DNA of 64,000 nt from Candidatus Wildermuthbacteria bacterium (lineage in GTDB: Bacteria; Patescibacteriota; Minisyncoccia; Minisyncoccales; CAVTZN01): assembly GCA_963739285.1 (NCBI GenBank), contig CAVTZN010000002.1:1134-65133 (forward strand). The letters run 5' to 3'. The notes under the pieces were generated by a model, which was given only the letters and a program-made list of their open reading frames with translations, did no database searches and was not told the origin of the DNA. The position numbers were made by a program, and so were the translations under genes. Of the stretch, positions 49,155-59,253 are shown in pieces (within the stretch, counting starts at the first letter, position 1; each line of letters begins with the position of its first letter).

Positions 49155-49229
49155 TGGAGCGGGTGAGCGGAGTTGAACCGCCGTCTTTACCTTGGCAAGG
49201 TAATATAATAGCCGTTATACGACACCCGC
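49155..49229 (-). tRNA. tRNA-Gly(GCC), CCA encoded
   Basis: GCGGGTG/CACCCGC acceptor, TTACC-TTGCCAA-GGTAA. Confidence 0.85.
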
Positions 49230-49319
49230 CTGTGATGTCCTTCGATAAACTCAGGACACCCTTCGACTCGCCCCTCTCAAATTAGGGCTTGCCCTGAGCG
49301 AGCGAAGCGAGTCGAAGGG

Positions 49320-49392
49320 TGCCGCGAGCCAGACTTGCACTGGCGACCCCAGCTTTTTCAGAGCTGTGCTCTACTACCTGAGCTATCGCGGC
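49320..49392 (-). tRNA. tRNA-Phe(GAA)
   Basis: GCCGCGA/TCGCGGC acceptor, CAGCT-CTGAAAA-AGCTG, T arm GCCAG-TGCAAGT-CTGGC (G at position 55). Confidence 0.8.
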
Positions 49393-49445
49393 TCTATTCC
49401 CCGTTATAGCGGGGTCGAGCCCGACCCATATGGGTATAGGGCAAG

Positions 49446-49519
49446 TGGGCGCGTCCTGACTCGAACAGGAGGCCTTCTCGGTGTAAACGAGACGCTCTAA
49501 CCAACTGAGCTACGCGCCC
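49446..49519 (-). tRNA. tRNA-Val(UAC)
   Basis: GGGCGCG/CGCGCCC acceptor, TCTCG-TTTACAC-CGAGA. Confidence 0.85.
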
Positions 49520-49523
49520 CTTT

Positions 49524-49608
49524 TGGTGCGCGGGAGAGGACTCGAACCTCCACGCCTTGCGGCACTAGCACCTCAAGCTAGCCTGGCTACCGATTACAGC
49601 ACCCGCGC
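49524..49608 (-). tRNA. tRNA-Leu(GAG), CCA encoded
   Basis: GCGCGGG/CCCGCGC acceptor, CTAGC-TTGAGGT-GCTAG, long variable arm. Confidence 0.85.
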
Positions 49609-49633
49609 CCATTATTAATTTCACCATCCACAT

Positions 49634-50071
49634 TTACTTGTTTTCTTCTGGAGATTCTTTAGTTTCTCGTTCAATAACCTCCCTTTTCTTTAATCTTGTT
49701 TTTCTTCCCTTAGATTTCCTTAAATAATAAAGTTTTGCTCTTCTAACTTTCCCTCTTTTGATGATATCTATTTTTTCGATTGTCGGAGAATGAAGAGGGA
49801 AAATTCTTTCTACGTTAATCCCCGAGATTAACTTTCTTACCGTGATCGTTGAAGAAATTCCCTGGCCATGTTTTCGGGCGATAACCAGCCCTTCAAAAGA
49901 TTGAGTTTTCTGCTTATTTTCCGAAGAATCCGAGCTTTTGGCGCGAGAGGATTTAGAGGGAGAAGACAGGTCTTTAATCTTTTGATAAACCCGAACATTA
50001 TCGCCTGGACGGATGTCCGGCAAGTCTTTTTTTAATTGAGATTGATTAAAAGCGTCAAGTTTGTTTGTCAT
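49634..50071 (-). CDS. rplS: 50S ribosomal protein L19 with an internal Ser/Lys-rich insertion and a basic C-terminal extension
   Basis: IRPGDNVRVYQKI ... FEGLVIARKHGQGISSTITVRK ... VERIFPLHSPTIEKIDII.RGKVRRAKLYYLR. Confidence 0.85.
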   Translation of the reverse strand: MTNKLDAFNQSQLKKDLPDIRPGDNVRVYQKIKDLSSPSKSSRAKSSDSSENKQKTQSFEGLVIARKHGQGISSTITVRKLISGINVERIFPLHSPTIEKIDIIKRGKVRRAKLYYLRKSKGRKTRLKKREVIERETKESPEENK

Positions 50072-50733
50072 ATTTGAGATTTGGTAAGGTTTTCTATAAC
50101 TTTTTTTAAATCTTCTGGCAATTCCGACCTGAATTCTTTTTCTGAGCCGTCCGGCAAGTTTATTTTCAGATAGCTAGCGTGTAAAAATTGCCTTTTTAAT
50201 CCTTGAGGACAGGGTTGATTTTTAAAGCTGTATAATTTATCTCCGGCGATTGGATGGCTGAGCCAGGCAAGTTGGGTTCTGATTTGATGTTTTCGGCCGG
50301 TTTTGGGCTCAACCTCAATCAAATCATAATTTTGAGCCTTTGGCAAGAAATTATCTCCCGAGTATAGTTTTTGAATCTTTGCAATACTTTGTATCTGGTA
50401 ACCGCTTCTCTTTTACCTTGAGCTGCTGGTTCTTGAGGTAAATAAACTTTTTGTTTTCTTTTGTCACCTGGGGAGCGACCAATCAGAGTCTCAATCAATC
50501 CTTCTTCATCTTTGAGATTGCCGACCACTAAGGCAAGATAATTCTTTTTGACCTTCCTCTCCTTGAATTGTTTTTGTAAGAAATCTAAAGCCCTATCGTT
50601 CTTGGCCACCAGAAATATTCCTGAAGTGTCTTTGTCTAAGCGATGAACCCTTTTCTCAAAATCATCGGAATTTACCCCGGCCGGCTTATCAATCACCAGT
50701 AAATCTTCATCTTCGTAAATGATTTTGCTCCAT
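50068..50733 (-). CDS. RluA-family pseudouridine synthase (no S4 domain), frameshift near 50340, no obvious ATG start
   Basis: IIYEDEDLLVIDKPAG, HRLDKDTSG and GRKHQIRTQLA. The stop overlaps the rplS ATG (ATGA). Confidence 0.75.
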
Positions 50734-50734
50734 A

Positions 50735-50806
50735 TGGGCACTACCGGATTTGAACCTGTGACCTCTGCAATGTCAAAGTGCGCGCTAACCACTGCGCCAA
50801 GTGCCC
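50735..50806 (-). tRNA. tRNA-like element with perfect acceptor and D stems and a near-canonical T arm, but a non-pairing anticodon arm (possible Val-GAC or Gln-UUG with errors, or a pseudo-tRNA)
   Basis: GGGCACT TG GCGC AGTGGTTA GCGC G CACTTTGACATTGCAG AGGTC ACAGG TTCAAAT CCGGT AGTGCCC A. Confidence 0.4.
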
Positions 50807-51486
50807 AAATTATTTATTATTATTTTTTTACAAAATAAGTTACTAATATGTATTAATTTTCTTTGAATTGCTACATTCCCGCATTTTATGTGGCACACGC
50901 CCTTGTAATCGGGGTATGTCTTAGATCCTTTTGTTCTCTGGTCGATATTAACATATTTAAAGTTAACTAACGGTAATTTAAGCGTTTTAGCCCAAAAGCG
51001 TTTCATCTCTTCTGGGTCTTGGTCAGCTCTTAAATTTAATTCGCAGCGTATTTTTTCTATATCTAAATTATAAACTCCCCTTACGATTGCTAAGAAGAAT
51101 CTTAGTATTAATGGGTCAGAACTACCAAGGGCAGTTTGATCTGTTGTTTTTGCTCCTTCTCCTAAGTAAAGCATTGCCAAAGCCAATTCAATAATATTCA
51201 GGTCATTAACGTTAATTTTCTCTAATGTTTTTAAAGCCTCCCTTTTCGCTTCTTCCAACCTTTTCTTTTTTTGAGCATTATGCCAAAGGACTGCTTTTTT
51301 ACGTGCTTTTACTAACGCATTTTTCCAATCTTGTAATAATTTTTCTTTCTGTTCTTGTGAAAGCTTAATATTTTTTAGCCAACCGCTAAGAGTAGAACGG
51401 GGAATTTCTAAACGACGTTCAATTTTACCGATAGAAAAACCATTTTTGCGAAGCTTTATAGCATCAGGTCTTTTAATTCGCACCAT
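50785..51486 (-). CDS. putative homing endonuclease-like protein: N-terminal HTH + single LAGLIDADG-like motif
   Basis: GFSIGKIERRLEIPRSTLSGWL (HTH) and LALAMLYLGEGAKT (LAGLIDADG-like). Lies between a tRNA 5' fragment and the tRNA-like element. Confidence 0.45.
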   Translation of the reverse strand: MVRIKRPDAIKLRKNGFSIGKIERRLEIPRSTLSGWLKNIKLSQEQKEKLLQDWKNALVKARKKAVLWHNAQKKKRLEEAKREALKTLEKINVNDLNIIELALAMLYLGEGAKTTDQTALGSSDPLILRFFLAIVRGVYNLDIEKIRCELNLRADQDPEEMKRFWAKTLKLPLVNFKYVNIDQRTKGSKTYPDYKGVCHIKCGNVAIQRKLIHISNLFCKKIIINNLGTWRSG

Positions 51487-51560
51487 CTCGATTTCATGTA
51501 TCCATTATATCATCAGTAGTACTAATTGACAAGGAACTCATCCACAATTTTAGTGTATTT

Positions 51561-51583
51561 TAACCAACTGAGCTATACGCCCC
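51561..51583 (-). pseudogene. 23-nt tRNA 5' fragment (acceptor strand + D stem/loop)
   Basis: GGGGCGTATAGCTCAGTTGGTTA directly abuts the CCA end of the split tRNA-Ile. Confidence 0.5.
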
Positions 51584-51622
51584 TGGTGGGCGTGGAAGGG
51601 ATCGAACCTTCGACCCCAACTT
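51584..51622 (-). tRNA. 3' segment (positions 38-76) of interrupted tRNA-Ile(UAU)
   Basis: A AGTTG GGGTC GAAGG TTCGATC CCTTC CACGCCC A CCA. It pairs perfectly with the 5' segment at 51764-51799. Confidence 0.7.
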
Positions 51623-51665
51623 TATATTTCGCTTTCGGCGAACATATATGCCAGTAAAACATTTT

Positions 51666-51741
51666 TGGTGCGCGCACATGGACTCGAACCAGGGACTTCC
51701 ACTTTATAAGAGTGGCGTTCTAACCACTGAACTATACGCGC
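51666..51741 (-). tRNA. tRNA(UAU), formally Ile, contiguous, nested inside the interrupted tRNA
   Basis: GCGCGTA/TGCGCGC acceptor, CCACT-CTTATAA-AGTGG, T arm CCTGG-TTCGAGT-CCATG (one C:U mismatch), CCA encoded. Confidence 0.75.
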
Positions 51742-51763
51742 TCTCTAAAAATATTTAACTGGA

Positions 51764-51799
51764 TATAAGAGTTGTGCTCTACCACTGAGCTACACGCCC
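51764..51799 (-). tRNA. 5' segment (positions 1-37) of interrupted tRNA-Ile(UAU)
   Basis: GGGCGTG TA GCTC AGTGGTA GAGC A CAACT CTTATA. Confidence 0.7.
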
Positions 51800-51850
51800 C
51801 CTTAATATCTTTTACAGATATGCTTTCAGATATTTCTCGCCTCGCTCGAA

Positions 51851-51884
51851 TTATAAGAGTTGCGTTCTACCAAGAAGTACAGGG
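51851..51884 (-). pseudogene. degenerate third copy of a tRNA(UAU) 5' half
   Basis: CCCTGTACTTCTTGGTAGAACGCAACTCTTATAA, with no matching 3' half; lies just downstream of the ftsH stop. Confidence 0.4.
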
Positions 51885-51893
51885 ATTTTAATA

Positions 51894-53780
51894 CTATTCT
51901 ACTTCAATTCTCCTGATTTTAAAAGATTTCCCTGCTTTAGAGAGAGTTTTACTCTCTCTTTTTCTGATTCCAATCAAACTTTCGAATTCCTCTCTTTCAA
52001 TGGTTTCTTTCTCGATCAGTCTTTGGGCGATTTTTTCTAAAAGTTTTTTTCTGTTTATCAAAACTTTATTAGCGGTTTTTTGGGCGTTGGCTATAAAAGA
52101 AGCAACCTCTTTGTCAATTTTTGCCGCTACCTCTTCAGAGTAATTTCTTTCTTCAGCGAGCTCGTTTCCTAAAAATATTAATTCTTCCCTTTCGCCAAAA
52201 GAAACTGGGCCCAAAGAAGACATGCCATATTCTTTGACTAATTTTCTGGCCAATTCTGAAGCCCTTTTCAGGTCATTGCCGGCGCCGGTAGTAAGTTCCC
52301 CGAATTTTAATCTTTCTGCGCAATACCCCCCTAATAAAGTCGCCATCTCGGTCAAAAATTCTGTTTTTGTTTTAAGCTTTCTTTCTTCGGTCGGCATCTT
52401 GAGGGTGTAGCCGGCCGCCATTCCCCGGGCGATAATAGAGATTTTTCTCACCGGTTCGGCTTCCGGCAAGAAAGAAGAAACCAAGGCATGTCCTACTTCA
52501 TGATAAGCAGTAATTTCTTTTTCTTTTTTTGATAAAATATGCGATTTCCGTTCAGGTCCCAATAAAACTTTCTCAATCGATTCTAAAAGTTCTTCCTGAT
52601 AAACTTGTGATTTTCCCCTTCTGGCTGCGAAAATTGCGGCTTCGTTAACTAAATTAGCCAAATCGGCTCCAGAGAATCCCGGCGTTCTTTCGGCAATCTC
52701 CTTCAAGTTAACGTTTAAGGCCAAGGGCTTTCCTTGGCAGTGGATTTTTAAAATGTCTTCTCGGTCCTTGATGTCGGGCAGGTCTAAAACTATTCTTCTG
52801 TCAAATCGGCCAGGTCTCAGAAGGGCAGGGTCCAAATATTCCGGTCTATTCGTCGCTCCCATAATGATTAGTCCTTCTTCTCTGCCGATGCCATCCATTT
52901 CAGCCAAAATTTGGTTCAGGGTCTGCTCTCTTTCTTCATGCCCACCGGTGACGCCCACCCCTCTTATTTTTCCGATGCTATCAATCTCATCAATAAAGAT
53001 TATCGCCTTACCGGCCTTTCTGGCTTCGTCAAAAAGGTTTCTTACTCGACTGGCTCCCACGCCGACAAATAACTCTATAAATTCAGACCCAGAAATTGAG
53101 AAAAAGGGGACGCCGGCTTCAGAAGATACGGCTTTGGCAAGTAAAGTTTTGCCTGTGCCCGGAGCCCCTATTAATAAAACCCCTCTCGGGATTTTTGCCC
53201 CCATTTGTAAATATTTTTTTGGATTTTGTAAAAAATCTACAATTTCTTTCAATTCCTCTTTCGCTTCTTTTAATCCGGCTACATCATCAAAGGTGACTTT
53301 CTCTTTGGGATGGCCTTCGGCGCCGAATAATCTGGCTCTGGCTTTGGTAAAATCAAAGGCCTGGCCAACACCGCTTCTCGCCTGGCGTAAAATGAACCAG
53401 AAAAAGAAAACAAAAAGCAAAAGGGGCAAAACTGAAAACAAAACCGGCCCTAACCAACTCCAGATATCGTCCGTTTCTTTTGTTTCAATGACAACTTTAG
53501 CCAATTTGGTTTTATCTACTCCATAATTCGCTAACGATTCAGATAAAGCGGCTTCGGTTTCTTTTCGGGAGAGGGCTTTTGAATCATCTTGATAAATTAT
53601 TGAGAGGTCATTACCAGAAACAGTGATTTGTTTGATTTTTTCCTGATTTATTTCTTGAACCAACTGGGACAAAGAGATTTCCTTTTCCTTTTCAGATGTT
53701 CCTTTGAACAAAGTAAAAACCCCCGAAACTATCAGAAAAATCAAAACGATAAAAACCAAATTTTTAAACAAGTTTTTCAT
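51894..53780 (-). CDS. ftsH: ATP-dependent zinc metalloprotease FtsH
   Basis: GAPGTGKTLLAKA, a second region of homology, and HEVGHAL. Confidence 0.95.
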   Translation of the reverse strand: MKNLFKNLVFIVLIFLIVSGVFTLFKGTSEKEKEISLSQLVQEINQEKIKQITVSGNDLSIIYQDDSKALSRKETEAALSESLANYGVDKTKLAKVVIETKETDDIWSWLGPVLFSVLPLLLFVFFFWFILRQARSGVGQAFDFTKARARLFGAEGHPKEKVTFDDVAGLKEAKEELKEIVDFLQNPKKYLQMGAKIPRGVLLIGAPGTGKTLLAKAVSSEAGVPFFSISGSEFIELFVGVGASRVRNLFDEARKAGKAIIFIDEIDSIGKIRGVGVTGGHEEREQTLNQILAEMDGIGREEGLIIMGATNRPEYLDPALLRPGRFDRRIVLDLPDIKDREDILKIHCQGKPLALNVNLKEIAERTPGFSGADLANLVNEAAIFAARRGKSQVYQEELLESIEKVLLGPERKSHILSKKEKEITAYHEVGHALVSSFLPEAEPVRKISIIARGMAAGYTLKMPTEERKLKTKTEFLTEMATLLGGYCAERLKFGELTTGAGNDLKRASELARKLVKEYGMSSLGPVSFGEREELIFLGNELAEERNYSEEVAAKIDKEVASFIANAQKTANKVLINRKKLLEKIAQRLIEKETIEREEFESLIGIRKRESKTLSKAGKSFKIRRIEVE

Positions 53781-53876
53781 CTAGACTCTTTTAGTATAAC
53801 AAAAAATTTTTCTAATTTCAAGGATAAAAAATGCCCCGTAAGATCGCCTTACGGGGCTAGGTAATAAAGAATAGGA

Positions 53877-54432
53877 TTATTGTTTGGTTACCTCTTGCGT
53901 TTCGTGGACTTCCATGGTCGGTATTTGGGCGGTGGTCGCGGCTACACCATTGACCTTCTTCTGGGTTAATTCCTTCAAGAGGCGTTTCGCTTCCTGAAGT
54001 CTCGCTCCAGCCACTTTGGTTTTCCAGAAAGCAGTCGGGCCCCCTGCCGCCCTCCAGGCGATGTCATCTTGTTCTTCAATTAGTCTCTTTCGCACTTCGG
54101 CTGCAACATCAGGATGGAGAGATCTGGCCCGCTATTTTGTCGGCGATAAACTTATTGAGATAAATGTCCTTGATCCTCTTAGCGCCCTCGAGTTCCTCTT
54201 CGGTTTTCTGAAGGGTTTTTTCCAAGCCGGGAAGCGCTAATTGGAGTCTTTGGATGAGCCAATCTTCCTTTGATGGAGCGTCTTGCTCCTTGAGTACAAG
54301 GGAAGTGGCTTCCTTGACAAAGATATCGTGACACTTGGCACAGACCGCCCATCCCTTTTTCTTGGTATCCTCACAAAGAGGACAGGGAACCAGCAATTGT
54401 TGCTGACCGTTTTGGCTATTCTGTTTGTTCAT
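53877..54432 (-). CDS. hypothetical protein with N-terminal CxxC...CxxC zinc ribbon, in a GC-rich islet (frameshift near 54100)
   Basis: ORFs 54109-54432 (CPLCEDTKKKGWAVCAKCHD) and 53877-54095 are collinear. GC is visibly higher than in the flanks. Confidence 0.4.
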
Positions 54433-54572
54433 CTTTACTCCTTTTTCCCTTAGATTTCCTATCCTTTATATATTTCTGAAAAGAGCAATGGTTACTCTAA
54501 TCTAGAATTATACATCAAAATTAAAAATCTGTCAAGATAGACAGATTTTAGTTAATCAGTGGTTACTGTTTT

Positions 54573-55626
54573 CTACTCCGCTAACTTCAACGTCATCCGG
54601 TGCTCTTTTGGGTCGATGAGTAAAATTTCGAAATCGTATTTCTGGCCGATTTTTAGAGTTTCTTCCATTTTCTTTTGAGTGCCGAATTCGGAAATATGAA
54701 TTAACCCCTGGATTTTAGGAGTGATTTGGATAAAAGCGCCAAAAGGATTGAATTTAGTTGCTTCGCCTTTGACAGAGCTTCCTTTCTTGTATTTTTTTTC
54801 AATGTCTTGCCAAGGGTCTTTTTTGAGGGCTTTCAAAGACAGAGAAACTTTCTCATTGGAAATATCAATAATTTTTGCCTTAACTTTTTCTCCAACTTTT
54901 ACGACTTCCGAGGGGTCTTCAATAATTTTCCAATCCAGTTCGGAAATATGGATTAAGCCTTCCAAGTTTTCCTTACCGAATTTTAGGAAAGCTCCGAAAT
55001 TGGTGATGCCTGAAATTTCTCCTTCAACCACATCACCCGCTTTATAATTTTTTAAAATTTCTTTTATTTTCTCCGTTTCTTTGGCCTTTTCAGATAAAAT
55101 TAATTTCCCTTCCTTTTGAGAGAAATCAAAAACCTTTACTTCTAAATCTTTGCCAATAAAATTTTGGAGTTCCCGTAAAATTTTGGAGGTATCTCCACCT
55201 TCAACTCGGGGATAATGTTCGGGCGATAATTGAGAGACGGGCAAGAAAGCAGGGATTCTCAGAACCTCGGCCAATAACCCTCCTTTGTTGGCCCCTAAAA
55301 CTTTAATAGTTAAAGGTTCGCCGCTTTCTTTCTTCTGTCTTAGAGTTTCCCAGGCCAAAACTTCCCCCGCCTCTTTTACCGACATTTCAACATAACCTTC
55401 TTCATTATCCAAATCAATTACTTTAGCGAAAATTTTATCTTCAACCTTCATATCTTTTAATTCACCTCTCGCCTCATAAAACTCTCTGCCATAAATTATT
55501 CCCGTTCCATAAGCTCCCAAATCCAAAAAAAGAGCTCCTTTTTCTTTGCCAATAATTTTTCCTTCAATAATTTCGCCAATCCTCGGAGGTCCTTATTGAA
55601 TTTTCCTTTTCCAATGTCTCTTCCAT
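54573..55626 (-). CDS. S1 RNA-binding-domain repeat protein (ribosomal protein S1-like, 4 S1 domains), frameshift near 55590
   Basis: Repeated G.V.G.V......GAF. modules. ATG at 55624-55626 (MEETLEKENSI), then the shifted frame PPRIGEIIEGKIIGKEKGALFLDLGAYG. Confidence 0.75.
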
Positions 55627-55628
55627 AA

Positions 55629-55690
55629 CAATGATTAATATAGCTAAGCAATAATCAATATAGCATAAGCAATGATTAATATAGCATATA
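55629..55690. repeat. three tandem 20-21-nt imperfect direct repeats in a divergent promoter region
   Basis: CAATGATTAATATAGCTAAG / CAATAATCAATATAGCATAAG / CAATGATTAATATAGCATATA. Confidence 0.85.
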
Positions 55691-55746
55691 ATTTTTTCAA
55701 AAACAAGGATTGAATCCTGAAATAGTTTATGATAAAATAAAAGGGT

Positions 55747-56400
55747 ATGCAAATTATTTGGCATGGACAATCGTGCTTTCAGATAACAGTCAATCAGGCC
55801 AAAAATGGCCAAAGAACAATCGTTATTGATCCTTTTGATGAAACCTTAGGCCTTAGGGTTCCCAAACTTGAAGCCGATATTTTATTGGTGACCCACAGTC
55901 ATCATGATCATAATAACGTCAAAGCAGTCGGCGGCAATCCTTTTTTAATTTCCGGTCCCGGAGAATACGAAGCTGAAGATATTTTTATTCAGGGGATCCC
56001 GGCCTTTCACGATAAAGCGAAAGGGAAATCCCAAGGGGAAAATACCTGTTATACCATTGAGGCTGAAGAGATAAGGCTGTGTCATCTTGGCGATTTGGGG
56101 CAAAGCGAGCTTACCGAACAACAGCTCCAGGCCTTGGGAGAGATCGATATTTTAATGGTTCCGGTGGGGGGAATTTATACGATTGACGGGGAAGGTGCTT
56201 CAAAAATTATCAGCCAGATTGAGCCGAAAATTGTTATTCCCATGCACTATAGCTTACCGAAACTGAAAATTAAATTGGAGGGAATAGAAAAATTTTTAAA
56301 AGTGATGGGTAAAAAAGAAATAGAATCTTTGGGTAAGCTTTCAATCAAACAAAAAGAACTTCCTCGGGAAGAGATGGAAATAGTGGTCTTGAATCCTTAA
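55747..56400 (+). CDS. MBL-fold metallo-hydrolase (UPF0173-like)
   Basis: MQIIWHGQSCFQI and LLVTHSHHDHNN. Confidence 0.8.
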   Translation: MQIIWHGQSCFQITVNQAKNGQRTIVIDPFDETLGLRVPKLEADILLVTHSHHDHNNVKAVGGNPFLISGPGEYEAEDIFIQGIPAFHDKAKGKSQGENTCYTIEAEEIRLCHLGDLGQSELTEQQLQALGEIDILMVPVGGIYTIDGEGASKIISQIEPKIVIPMHYSLPKLKIKLEGIEKFLKVMGKKEIESLGKLSIKQKELPREEMEIVVLNP

Positions 56401-56401
56401 G

Positions 56402-56695
56402 ATGAAAGATTTTATCAAAAAAATTCAGGGATTGCCAGAGAAAAAAAGAAAAATAATCCTCTGGGCGATAATCTTGGTTTTGGGAATTTGTCTTTCTATC
56501 TTTTACGTTAAAAACATTGGTCGAAGTATTAAAAATTTTCAAAAAGAAAAGTTTATTGAAGAATTTAAAATACCTTCTTTGAAAGAGGAGATAGAGAATA
56601 TCCCCAAGCCGGAAATGCCCCAAACGGACGAATTGGAAAAAATAATGAAAGAAATTCAAGAGCAGCAAGAACAACAAACAGGGGGCGAAGAATAG
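56402..56695 (+). CDS. small hypothetical single-pass membrane protein
   Basis: ORF with one TM (IILWAIILVLGICLSIFYV) and an acidic tail. Confidence 0.35.
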   Translation: MKDFIKKIQGLPEKKRKIILWAIILVLGICLSIFYVKNIGRSIKNFQKEKFIEEFKIPSLKEEIENIPKPEMPQTDELEKIMKEIQEQQEQQTGGEE

Positions 56696-56718
56696 TCAAT
56701 TAATTTCGCGATTTTTAA

Positions 56719-59244
<2,526 letters not shown>

Positions 59245-59253
59245 TTTTTAATT

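Noticed and set aside
51623-51763. The 141-nt insert in tRNA-Ile(UAU) interpreted as a group I intron or an archaeal-type bulge-helix-bulge intron.
   Set aside because: It is too short for a group I core, and more than half of it is a complete tRNA. I could not find P3-P7-like pairings or a clear 3-4-3 BHB motif by eye. The mechanism is therefore left open, and the observation itself is reported as a finding.
52753-53526. 257-aa plus-strand ORF and other ORFs antisense to ftsH. Similar antisense ORFs sit inside pnp, comM, hppA and pilB, and in the lipoprotein gene (19111-19574).
   Set aside because: The opposite strand carries strongly supported conserved genes, and the antisense frames have no start context or recognisable motifs.
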